From the IMG/VR virus record IMGVR_UViG_3300031965_000010: a stretch of DNA of 64,000 nt; one strand, given 5' to 3'. Shown here one piece after another: positions 18,379-26,969 of the stretch (the stretch's first letter is position 1; each line of letters opens with the position of its first letter). The notes under the pieces were generated by a model that had not been told where the DNA came from, searched no databases, and worked only from the letters and a program-made list of their open reading frames with translations. Both the position numbers and the translations under genes were made by a program. This stretch comes from an uncultured virus (IMG/VR IMGVR_UViG_3300031965_000010). Taxonomy: Duplodnaviria; Heunggongvirae; Uroviricota; Caudoviricetes.

Positions 18379-19376
18379 CGGGGTCTCCTACCGCGTTCCA
18401 ACATTCGCGCGTCATCGTCGCTGTTGACGTCGTTCAGATTGTACGGGTGTCGTCGAGGATCGCTACTCGTGAGCCACGCGCCGTCCTTGAGCGCGTCTTG
18501 ACCTGTGTAGTAGCGGTTGCCGTGGAACTCGACGCGCACGGTTGCTTGTTCGACGCGGTTACCTGCGCTGCGATCGTCGATGCCGCCATACGGGAACGTC
18601 GCATCCGATGCTGCGATTTGGTAGAGGTCCATGATGGGCCGGAAGAGAAACGAGACCTGACCGTCGCGCTCGAACTGCCATGGTGTGTCGAACTCGAAAA
18701 GCTCGCTGTCCGGAATCATGTTGCCGCGCGTGTTCAACAGTGCGCCGCTCGGCATCCAATCCTGCGCGTACTGTCGTCCGCTCTTTTCGTCGACGATGTT
18801 CCAGAAATACGGAATGAACGGCATCACCGTGGTGAAGTCGCCGAGCACCTGTTGCTGCCAGGTGTACTGAATCGCCGTCGTCGGCGGACCGACGAATCCG
18901 CCAGCGGAAAATCCGTTGCCTTCGAGCGCTCTGTAATCGTTCAACGGCGTAATTCCATTGCGTGCGACGCCCGCGAACTGTGTGTACCCGGCCTCGATGC
19001 CCACCACGAGATTGTGTGCCTGCAAAATTCCAGGCGGCGGAAACAGGACCGGAATCCGGTACGTCTGCCCCGCGAGAAAAATCGGATTCACCTGCAACGC
19101 GATGAACGCGACGGGCGGCACCGCGTCCGGGTTCGTCGGAAACTGCGCGATAGTGATCGTAGTCGATGTGTCTGCAACGAACGTCTGCTCACCAATGGCG
19201 ACCGATGGCTGTCCGTTCGCTAGCGGCGTGTTCAGACGCTCATTGATTCCGGCGAGCTGCGCGCGCAGGTTTCTCGCACGCACCGCGAGCTGTTGAAGCC
19301 AGCCGACACCTTGGCCAGAAGAACCACGCGCCAACCGACCTGTTTCAACGACCCGAGTAGGGATGATTCGCTTCAT
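18375..19376 (-). CDS. Putative jelly-roll minor capsid paralog
   Basis: WNIVDEKSGRQY..WMPS; VRVEFHGNRY; N-terminal coiled coil. Confidence 0.6.
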   Translation of the reverse strand: MKRIIPTRVVETGRLARGSSGQGVGWLQQLAVRARNLRAQLAGINERLNTPLANGQPSVAIGEQTFVADTSTTITIAQFPTNPDAVPPVAFIALQVNPIFLAGQTYRIPVLFPPPGILQAHNLVVGIEAGYTQFAGVARNGITPLNDYRALEGNGFSAGGFVGPPTTAIQYTWQQQVLGDFTTVMPFIPYFWNIVDEKSGRQYAQDWMPSGALLNTRGNMIPDSELFEFDTPWQFERDGQVSFLFRPIMDLYQIAASDATFPYGGIDDRSAGNRVEQATVRVEFHGNRYYTGQDALKDGAWLTSSDPRRHPYNLNDVNSDDDARMLERGRRPR

Positions 19377-19413
19377 CGTAGCTCGCCCTTCTTACGACTA
19401 TCTCTCGACGGGT

Positions 19414-20106
19414 TCATCGGAGCGCCGCTACTTTCTTCTCGCCTTCGAGAATGCCAACGATCTTGTAGCGGTGCTGCCGCACGATATCGACTTCAACGTC
19501 ATCGATGAGCGCGGGCTCCTCGATTGTTCGGATGCCTAGAAAGGTCGGCGTCACTCGACACACGAGACTCTTCGAGCGCGCCAGGAACAGCGGAACATCG
19601 AAAACCATCCCAGACGGAGTCTGCGAAGCACCGCCCCATCGAGACGCCCCTACCCACTTCAACATGTCGACGCAGTACGCAGCGGACACGGGGGTGTCGA
19701 TGTTTTGGTATTCTTTCCCCTCGTAAATGAGTGCGAACGTCGCATCCGCCAATGTGTTGATGTCTGTGTACAACGTAGCCGGATTTGGGACGAATCCAGG
19801 ATCTCCATACACGGAAGACCACGTCGTTTCACGGAAGGTGGTCTCGGACGGAGTGCCGTTCACCGGGTCGACGACCTTGCAGAGCGGGTACAGCAACAAC
19901 CGATAGGCCCAAAAGTCCGCGTCCGCAGGAACGTTGAAGATCAGATTCGCAGAGGGGGCTGCGCCCTGCGAAAACTCGGCTGAAGCAGGGAGCGGCGTGT
20001 AAACGCGATCGCCGCTGCGCAAACCTCGCACGTTCTGCGCGGCGCGCTGCGCTCGCTCAAGCAAACGTGCTGCCTTATCTGTTTGAGCTACGATCTCCGT
20101 CAACAT
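19414..20106 (-). CDS. Putative jelly-roll minor capsid paralog
   Basis: PADADFWAYRL; IVGILEGEK. Confidence 0.6.
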   Translation of the reverse strand: MLTEIVAQTDKAARLLERAQRAAQNVRGLRSGDRVYTPLPASAEFSQGAAPSANLIFNVPADADFWAYRLLLYPLCKVVDPVNGTPSETTFRETTWSSVYGDPGFVPNPATLYTDINTLADATFALIYEGKEYQNIDTPVSAAYCVDMLKWVGASRWGGASQTPSGMVFDVPLFLARSKSLVCRVTPTFLGIRTIEEPALIDDVEVDIVRQHRYKIVGILEGEKKVAALR

Positions 20107-20172
20107 CGCCGACCTCCCTCTCCGTCCCCGCCGTCCATCACTCCGATACCATACGCAACTACGCTACGCCGC

Positions 20173-20886
20173 CTACGCTCCGTAAACCTTGTATCCAACG
20201 AGCGATAAGAAGACTCTGGAGCTGATTGAATCTTCGCCACTCAATGAACACACGCCCATGTTGAACACTTCAACTCTCACGTCACCTGAACGCGGGACGG
20301 TGAACTCCGAGAAGAGTGCGTTCTTCATGTTCGACCCGAGCCCCGGTCGGATACTGGAGATGTACGACAGCGGAACGACACCCCGATCGAGCGAGAACGG
20401 ACCCGTCGACATTCCGGCGACGAGATTTCGTCCGGTCGCGACGTCCGTGATGCGAAGCAGCGGATCTATGGTGCTGTCGTCGGCGCCGAACGACCCGTCG
20501 TCCGCGTAGTCCTCAATAAAAAACGGCGGATTTGGTGAGGACCGTACGATCTGAATGGCTCCGAAAATACCTGTGACCACGAACGCCGCGTCTTCTTGAT
20601 TCCGTAAATAGCCGATCTTCGCGTTTGAGAACCCAAACGTGTTGGGGTCGTTCTGCGCCCCGAGAAGAATGCCGTTCTGTTGGTCGCGGTCGTCGACGGC
20701 GCTGAGAAAATAAGCCCGGTGTTCGGTCGAGACGTCGTCCGCCGGCATGACCGGAATCCGACCGTCGTTCAAAATAGCGAGCTGTTCGTCAACAAGCTGT
20801 AGGTCTCGCTTCGTCGCCAACAGAAGCTCGCGCGCCGCGTCCAACTTCACCCGGTGGTGGTCGGGTCTTTGGTTTTCATCGACCAT
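20173..20886 (-). CDS. Putative jelly-roll minor capsid paralog
   Basis: QEDAAFVVTGI; RITDVATGRNL; VFLSLVGYKV. Confidence 0.6.
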   Translation of the reverse strand: MVDENQRPDHHRVKLDAARELLLATKRDLQLVDEQLAILNDGRIPVMPADDVSTEHRAYFLSAVDDRDQQNGILLGAQNDPNTFGFSNAKIGYLRNQEDAAFVVTGIFGAIQIVRSSPNPPFFIEDYADDGSFGADDSTIDPLLRITDVATGRNLVAGMSTGPFSLDRGVVPLSYISSIRPGLGSNMKNALFSEFTVPRSGDVRVEVFNMGVCSLSGEDSISSRVFLSLVGYKVYGA

Positions 20887-20889
20887 AAA

Positions 20890-21531
20890 TCAGCCGCCTT
20901 CTCTGTAACCGGAAATAAGCATTGCGACGACCGCTGACGGATGCGGTCCGAAGCCAGTGTCGAAAACCCGCATGCCCGCTCCGAGCAACTCACACTCGAA
21001 TGTGAACGTCTCCATCGGTTCGATGATCTGCGGGTTACGGAAAGAGAGATGGTTTCCAACTTGTGTTCGTCCGCCTGCTCGTGCGAAGCAGCGCCCTTTC
21101 TGCGAATACCAGCGCTGTTGAATGGACGTTTGAAAATTCCAACGCCAGTTGAACGGAAACACACCTGCCGTCGCTGCTGCTGCAAGCCGTGCGTCATATG
21201 TCGCAGAGCCCGCGACGATCGGCGTCGTCGGACGAATCAAGTACGGCTGAAACGCGATTTCCCGCACATACACACGTGAACTGTGGTTTGTGAAGATCGA
21301 TTGCTTGACGTTGTTTCCTGCGAGCGCGTCCGACGAAGCAGGGGTCGCCGCAGCGAACGTGGAAGGAAGTTGATCAAACCTCGCTTCGATCGAAGCGAAG
21401 AACGGAATCTCTCGCTGAATCGGTTGCGAGGGTTCGATTGCTCGAACAACTCGACTAATCAACGCGTCCGCGTGTTTGTTCAAGTCTACAAGCTCGGACC
21501 ACAATCCCGAACCGATGGATGGGTTGCTCAC
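20890..21531 (-). CDS. Putative jelly-roll minor capsid paralog
   Basis: RVYVREI; WNFQTSIQQRWY; VAMLISGYRE. Confidence 0.55.
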   Translation of the reverse strand: MSNPSIGSGLWSELVDLNKHADALISRVVRAIEPSQPIQREIPFFASIEARFDQLPSTFAAATPASSDALAGNNVKQSIFTNHSSRVYVREIAFQPYLIRPTTPIVAGSATYDARLAAAATAGVFPFNWRWNFQTSIQQRWYSQKGRCFARAGGRTQVGNHLSFRNPQIIEPMETFTFECELLGAGMRVFDTGFGPHPSAVVAMLISGYREGG

Positions 21532-21562
21532 AGCGAACCTCCAATCATTGTTCTACTGGACA

Positions 21563-22204
21563 TCACAGTGCACTCCCGTCCGGCACTTCGTGTCCGACGA
21601 ACGATATTTGAAGCACGTATTGCTGAATGGTTCCGTCTGCGAAAAACCCGGACGCGCTCTGATTCATCTCGCTTCTAAACGGTTCGACCGTCGAGAAAAT
21701 TACACTGCCACCACCGAGAATCGTTCGACGCGGAAGCCACAGCGGTCCCGTGTATCCGCCGCCACCGAAGAGAGACGGCAACGGTTGATCCATCCATTCT
21801 CGATCTGTACCTGTGTCCCGGACGCGCCAGAAATAGTCGAATAGGTTGAGCCTGATGTTCCAGGGCAACGTCACCTGTACGGAAACGTCTTCTCCCGAAT
21901 ACGAATCCTCGGCGGTTCCGACTGCGCGGAGGAAGCTTTCCACGTAAGCGCAACGAAAAATCATACCGGTCTCGACGGTGACCGAGCGCTCTTGAGGCTG
22001 AAGGTCGCCCGGCTCGAATTGGAAATCGATGCTGTACCGTCGGTATTGAATACCTGCGAAATCGGTCGGAAAGTCGCCGGCCGGTGCGTTCACCTCGAGA
22101 AGTCCGTTGAGCTGCGCCGTCTTCGATTCGAGCTGACGCTGGAGGCGTCGATACTCGTTCGCTAGCTCCACGATTTCGTTCTGATCACTCATTGCGCACT
22201 CCAC
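21563..22204 (-). CDS. Putative jelly-roll minor capsid paralog
   Basis: WRVRDTGTDREWMDQPLPS; LQISFVGHEV. Confidence 0.6.
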   Translation of the reverse strand: MECAMSDQNEIVELANEYRRLQRQLESKTAQLNGLLEVNAPAGDFPTDFAGIQYRRYSIDFQFEPGDLQPQERSVTVETGMIFRCAYVESFLRAVGTAEDSYSGEDVSVQVTLPWNIRLNLFDYFWRVRDTGTDREWMDQPLPSLFGGGGYTGPLWLPRRTILGGGSVIFSTVEPFRSEMNQSASGFFADGTIQQYVLQISFVGHEVPDGSAL

Positions 22205-22227
22205 TCCGACTGCCTACTTGACGTCGC

Positions 22228-23067
22228 CTACAGGTTCGGTGCCTCGAGGTGCGCCGTACCCTTGAACACGAGCACCACGTACGCCTTCACGCTCGCCGCC
22301 TCGAAAGCCGTCGCGCCGTCGAGAATGGAGCCCATGCGGATCTCCTTCACGAACAACCGCGGTTCGATCTTCGAGCCCTGTTCCCAATTCAGCACGCTCG
22401 CCGTTTCCCTGTTTGCGATTCGTCCACCCTGGAACATCGTCGACGGCAGGCGCTGGTCGTGCATCCTGCGCCCCCTGATTCGGTCGTACAGCTCAATCTC
22501 AAACGAGATGTTCGGAAGGTTTGGCTGCGCTGAGCTGAGCGTAGAAAATGTGCCGCCGAAAAAGTCGAGAGGCATCGCGCCACCGTTAGGGCCAACCCCA
22601 GGATTGGGACCCACCGCATCGAAGATGTCTCCGACTCCGTTGGGGTTCGTGTACGGAACCGCGAAGCCGGGGTTCGATGTGTACCCCCAGTTCACGAACC
22701 CAAACGCGCTCAAGCTCTTCACCCTGACGGACTGGTTCCGGCTGACGATGATGTCGCCGTTGCGAGGCACCACGAACTTGGACGGATCTGCGAGCGTCGC
22801 GAGGGTTTGGAAGCCGTCCTGTCCGACGAGGTTGCCGGGACGGCCGGCTGTGGTCAAAGGCAGCGGGCCGTACAGGACCGGCGTGCAGTAGCTCTCGATG
22901 CGACCGGGGCCTTGGTCGTACGGGGTGGGCTTCAGGAGCAAATCGTTGAGGTCGTCGAGCTTGCTCCCGATCAAGTCCATGAATCGCTTGAAGGGCAACT
23001 GACGATGTTTGTCGAGGAGGTTCCCGAAGTCCGGCTTCACGTCATAGTCGGGCTGCTTGGTACGCAT
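22228..23067 (-). CDS. Putative jelly-roll minor/second capsid paralog
   Basis: IELYDRIRGRRMHDQRLPS; VVLVFKGT. Confidence 0.6.
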   Translation of the reverse strand: MRTKQPDYDVKPDFGNLLDKHRQLPFKRFMDLIGSKLDDLNDLLLKPTPYDQGPGRIESYCTPVLYGPLPLTTAGRPGNLVGQDGFQTLATLADPSKFVVPRNGDIIVSRNQSVRVKSLSAFGFVNWGYTSNPGFAVPYTNPNGVGDIFDAVGPNPGVGPNGGAMPLDFFGGTFSTLSSAQPNLPNISFEIELYDRIRGRRMHDQRLPSTMFQGGRIANRETASVLNWEQGSKIEPRLFVKEIRMGSILDGATAFEAASVKAYVVLVFKGTAHLEAPNL

Positions 23068-23176
23068 CGGGCCTTCCCTCGTCTGCCCCTTCGTTGGATG
23101 AAGGAGCCGTGATTCACTTTTCTGTCGCCGACGCGCACTGTGCGCGCTGCGGGTTCTACCTCGAACCGCGAAGCGA

Positions 23177-23199
23177 ATCCTACACGCGATTTTTGCTAC
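23177..23199 (-). promoter_or_regulatory. Viral late-type promoter GTAGCA-N11-TAGGAT
   Basis: Motif match heading the paralog operon. Confidence 0.75.
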
Positions 23200-23207
23200 G
23201 TGAAAGA

Positions 23208-23291
23208 TACCGGGAACGGGACTCGAACCCGTACGAGCTTGCGCCCTGTCGATTTTAAGTCGACTGCGGCTACCTGTTACGCCATCCCGGC
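23208..23291 (-). tRNA. tRNA-Leu(UAA)
   Basis: GCCGGGA/TCCCGGT-A acceptor stem, GTCGA-CTTAAAA-TCGAC anticodon arm, long variable arm, GGTTCGAGTCC T arm; CCA not encoded. Confidence 0.93.
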
Positions 23292-23347
23292 TGGTACACG
23301 CTACTCTCGTGGTGACAAGTAGTCCAGTATTGCTTTACGCTGGTCGC

Positions 23348-24325
23348 ATGAAGAGACCCAAAGGACTCCCGGCCTCACCAGGTATCTACAAAATCGAATG
23401 CGACGTGACTTCAAAGGCGTACATCGGACAAGCGACCAGCCTTCGAGCGAACGCAAGCAACCATCTATACAAGCTGAATCTCGGCATCGACTACAACCCA
23501 CCGCTCCAGGCCGCCTACAACAAATACGGCGCGAACAACTTCACGTACTCACTGCTGGAGCTTTGCGCGGAAGCCGATCTCACCGCGCGCGAGCAATGGC
23601 ACATGGACGCCGTTCCAAAGGGTAAATTGTTCAACACGAAGCCGGCCGGACCAAGCGGTACCCTCGGACTCAAACAACCAGAAGAGCAAAAACTCAAACA
23701 CAGTCGATCGAAGGGTGGACGCCCTTTCTACGCCACTCACGAGACCACGGGCGAAGTCCACCACTTCGAACACGTCGGCGAAGCCTGTCGAAAACTGCCT
23801 GGCCTCCAACGCGCGCACGTTTACTCCGTCCTGCACGGAACCCGCACAAGTCACAGAGGGTTCACGTTCGACTACGACCCGAGCTTTCCGATCCCGACAC
23901 ACAAACACAAAGCCAAGCGACCTCTCGGTGGCGACCATCGAAGTCGCGCGCTGATCGGAACCTGCATCGAAACGGGAATGGAGACAACCTACGATTACGT
24001 CGGTGCCGTGAAACACGCCGGGTTCTCCACTTCAGCCGTCTATCTATGTCTCGCTGGCGGGATGCAAACCCACAAGGGTTTTCGCTGGCGGTACGCCGAC
24101 GGGTTGCCTCATAGAACTTCGACCAAGACTGAACATCTGAAGGGAGCGCGCATCAAGCATGGAGGCTCGCGCGCGATCGTGGGCGTGCATCGAGTCACCG
24201 GAGAGAAAGTCCGTTTCGAATACATTCGCCAAGCCGCTGACGCACTGGGCGTACATCCACAGAACATCTCCGCCGCGTTGAAGAAGGGGTGGGCTACCAA
24301 CGGTTACGTCTGGACCTATGAATAG
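23348..24325 (+). CDS. Free-standing GIY-YIG homing endonuclease with repeated NUMOD/IENR-like domains
   Basis: PGIYKI...AYIGQ...REQ; three C-terminal repeats (TGE..F..V..A...H.G..W.Y); antisense to the virion module. Confidence 0.9.
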   Translation: MKRPKGLPASPGIYKIECDVTSKAYIGQATSLRANASNHLYKLNLGIDYNPPLQAAYNKYGANNFTYSLLELCAEADLTAREQWHMDAVPKGKLFNTKPAGPSGTLGLKQPEEQKLKHSRSKGGRPFYATHETTGEVHHFEHVGEACRKLPGLQRAHVYSVLHGTRTSHRGFTFDYDPSFPIPTHKHKAKRPLGGDHRSRALIGTCIETGMETTYDYVGAVKHAGFSTSAVYLCLAGGMQTHKGFRWRYADGLPHRTSTKTEHLKGARIKHGGSRAIVGVHRVTGEKVRFEYIRQAADALGVHPQNISAALKKGWATNGYVWTYE

Positions 24326-24331
24326 ACGTAT

Positions 24332-24364
24332 AAAAGAAAATGGCCCCTGTAGGGGCCACTTTCA
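24332..24364. terminator. Bidirectional intrinsic terminator
   Basis: A-tract, TGGCCCCT-GT-AGGGGCCA stem, T-tract, between convergent genes. Confidence 0.85.
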
Positions 24365-24370
24365 CATTCT

Positions 24371-25465
24371 TTAGAGGACGTCGCGAGTTTTGCCAGTTGT
24401 TATCGGTTGGCTCTTTATCCAACCATCTGAATCTTTCGAAGCAGAGCAGACTATATCATCATCCCTTAGGATGCCGGGCACTCGTGGGCGGGATTGTTCG
24501 GCTCCCCCGCCTAGTCGTTGAACCTTCTACTCTGTTCTCTTTCGAGTCCGCAGAGCAGCTCGGCTGCTGATTGTCCAATCCACCGTTCTTTTCGACGTTC
24601 GCGCTTACCGTTACCAGTTACGCTGTAGTGTCGGTGGCTCTAAGGAGTTTCCAGCAATTCACCCAGTTTGCTGCACACCTTCCGGCGTGCAGGGACTTCA
24701 CGCAGCGAGGGCCTGTGTGTGTCGAACGCCGAACACCTTGTTCAGCATCGACTCAATCCCGTCGAGCACGCAGCCGAGCAGCTTGATGCCGTCGAACGCG
24801 TTGAGGTACGCCAAAGGGTCAAGCGCACTAGTATACGCCGTTGCCGCGTTGCCTGCGGTACCAGCAGTACCACCGGTACCCGCGCCAGGAACGTTACCAG
24901 TGATGGGTTTGTAGTTGAAGAAGTCGAGCTTCGTATGAAACCCTTGACGGGCAGGGATGGGAATATCTTTTGCTAAGAGCAAAATGTTTTCCTGGCTAGG
25001 CCATCCATTTGAAGCGATGTTGCGCGAGTTTTCAGTTGTACTGCCAAAGATGCCCATGCCTGCGGGGCAGTACACCAATTGCGACGTGAACTGATCTTTC
25101 TCAGAGCAGTTGAACGTCAGGTGGCAGCCATAGCCGAGCAGGCTGTACAGGTCGAGCGCGCGGCTGTTGGTGCCGGCGACGGTTGCGCCGTTGAGCGCCG
25201 GCAGGAGCGCCGGGTTGCCGTAGGCGTCGAATTCCGAATCCTTGAGGGACTGAAACATCATCACCGCACGAATCGCCTTCACGACGAAGGTCTGATCTGA
25301 CGTGAACGCGCCAGACGTTTGCATGTTGGTGAATTCGGCAGAACTGTTGGGCGAGTCCGAAAAGAGCCGCACGCCGTTGGTCACTTGCGAGACGCCGATT
25401 CCTCGGACCGCCATTGACCAAACGGGTTGGTGGATTCTTTCACGGGCTCCGTCAAAACGAGGCAT
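24371..25465 (-). CDS. Candidate major capsid protein (single jelly-roll type), intron-split: exon 1 25465-24756, exon 2 about 24394-24371
   Basis: AGGAAGG SD; own promoter and flanking terminators; TNMQTSGAFTSDQTFVVKAIR and LGCVLDG motifs parallel the downstream paralogs; exon 2 encodes KTRDVL*. Confidence 0.7.
24395..24755 (-). ncRNA. Group I self-splicing intron (ORF-less) in the capsid gene
   Basis: P AATTGCTGGAAA (24648-59), Q AATCAGCAG (24564-72), R GTTCAACGACTAG (24511-23), S GATATAGTCT (24448-57). P2 hairpin CTGCACGCC-GGAA-GGTGTGCAG. IGS AGUCCC pairs with exon GGGAU (U-G). Ends ATAACAACTG; boundaries +/-1 nt. Confidence 0.9.
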
Positions 25466-25553
25466 TGTGTACCTGTCCTTCCTACGTTTTTTAAGAGGTG
25501 GCATCCTCTGTTGTTGAAGGTCTCCCCGGAGGATTCCGGGGAGAACACGAGGC

Positions 25554-25576
25554 ATACTAGCCGACGTTTTTGCTAC
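25554..25576 (-). promoter_or_regulatory. Viral late-type promoter GTAGCA-N11-TAGTAT
   Basis: Motif match directly after a terminator. Confidence 0.8.
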
Positions 25577-25608
25577 ATCATCGAAGCGCAGCGACGTCGA
25601 CTCCAAGC

Positions 25609-25637
25609 AAAAATAAAAGGCGCCGTCAGGCGCCTTC
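25609..25637 (-). terminator. Intrinsic terminator
   Basis: AAGGCGCC-N4-GGCGCCTT stem followed by TTATTTTT on the - strand. Confidence 0.8.
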
Positions 25638-25662
25638 TACTTTCAACGCGAGGCAAGAGACC

Positions 25663-26892
25663 TCAGCGCTGCGATGGTCCGCGGAAGAGCCCGCCAGCGA
25701 GGATTCCGCCCTCACCCGGTGCCCACTCCGTCGTGTCGTCGAGACCGTTCACGGCCCACTCAGTGTCGTTGTCCGCCGACGCACGCGGACGCTGGTTGCT
25801 GTACGCGCCACCGCCTCGCGCTACGATCTGATCGACGCCGTACGCGCCCATGCCGTTCGTCGCCCACTCAGTGCGGTTGTCGGACGTGTTTCGCGGACGG
25901 CTGTTGCTGTACGCGCCGCCGCCACGAGCGACCGATGTGGTCCCGAGACCGCCAACGGTCGTGTAGTCGCCGATGTCGCGGAAGATGCCGGCTTTGGCGT
26001 ACGAACGACCACCCACGGTCGTGTAGTCGCCAACGGTCGTGTAGTCACCGAGACCAAGCGCCGTCTTCGCCTTCGCCGCGAGACCATCAGTCTTCCCTTC
26101 GGAAGCCGCGGAAACGGCCTGCATGACCGCTGCGAGCAAACCACCGATGGCGACAGCACCCTTGTACTTCGGAGCGAACTTGTCGGCGAGCTTGTAGCCA
26201 ACCACCGACACGAGCGCCGTCGAAAGCGCGGGCATGTACTTTACGATCGCCCGTGGCTTCTTGTCCGCGTCGAGGAACGCGCCACGCACAGCACCAAGTC
26301 CGTTCGTTGCGGCCGATGCCGTGCTCGTCTCCGTGACAGCCTCAGGAGTCGTCACGGCGGCTTCAGCAACTTCCTTCGGATCTGCCGTCGTCGTGACGAG
26401 GTCGCTCAGTTTCCGGCCAAGCATCGCGAGACCGACCATCGACACAGCGCTCGCACCGACCTGGGGCGCAAGCACCTTCGCCGCTGTCCACAGACCTCCG
26501 AGACCGGGGTTCATCTTGAGGTGCATCGCTTTCGCGACGGCCGATTTCTTCGGGCTACCGCCTCTGAGAGCGACGCGACGGAGCGTCGACAGACGCTTCG
26601 CCTGCGTCATCGCCACGCTGCGACGCACAGATCCGCGCTTCATCCCGCGCGCCCTCTTACGCAACGCACTCGCCTTGCGCATGAGCCCGCGGCTCGTCGC
26701 TCGACGACGGCGTGCCGCCTTCGAAAGACGACGACGCTTCTTTCGGGGCTTGGCAGCGCCCGGAGGCGTCACGCGCGCGAAAATCCCGGAACCGGGATTG
26801 CGGCGCAAACGTCGACGAAGCCGACGACCGCGCCTGCGGCGCGAAGGGTTGCGAGCGGCTTTGCGAGCGTGACGTCGACGACGGCGGGCCAT
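25663..26892 (-). CDS. Arg-rich (protamine-like) membrane-associated core protein, paralog 2
   Basis: MARRRRRH...; hydrophobic helices; GDYTTV repeats. Confidence 0.75.
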   Translation of the reverse strand: MARRRRRHARKAARNPSRRRRGRRLRRRLRRNPGSGIFARVTPPGAAKPRKKRRRLSKAARRRRATSRGLMRKASALRKRARGMKRGSVRRSVAMTQAKRLSTLRRVALRGGSPKKSAVAKAMHLKMNPGLGGLWTAAKVLAPQVGASAVSMVGLAMLGRKLSDLVTTTADPKEVAEAAVTTPEAVTETSTASAATNGLGAVRGAFLDADKKPRAIVKYMPALSTALVSVVGYKLADKFAPKYKGAVAIGGLLAAVMQAVSAASEGKTDGLAAKAKTALGLGDYTTVGDYTTVGGRSYAKAGIFRDIGDYTTVGGLGTTSVARGGGAYSNSRPRNTSDNRTEWATNGMGAYGVDQIVARGGGAYSNQRPRASADNDTEWAVNGLDDTTEWAPGEGGILAGGLFRGPSQR

Positions 26893-26969
26893 GGAAACAC
26901 CTACAAGGGAAAGAGAAACCAACGAGAAGAAAGACGGAGGGGCGATCTCTCACCCCTCCGCCTCACGCA

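Noticed and set aside
24698..25606. ORF-track boundaries of the capsid gene
   Set aside because: The upstream extension crosses the promoter (true ATG 25465) and the 3' end runs into the intron
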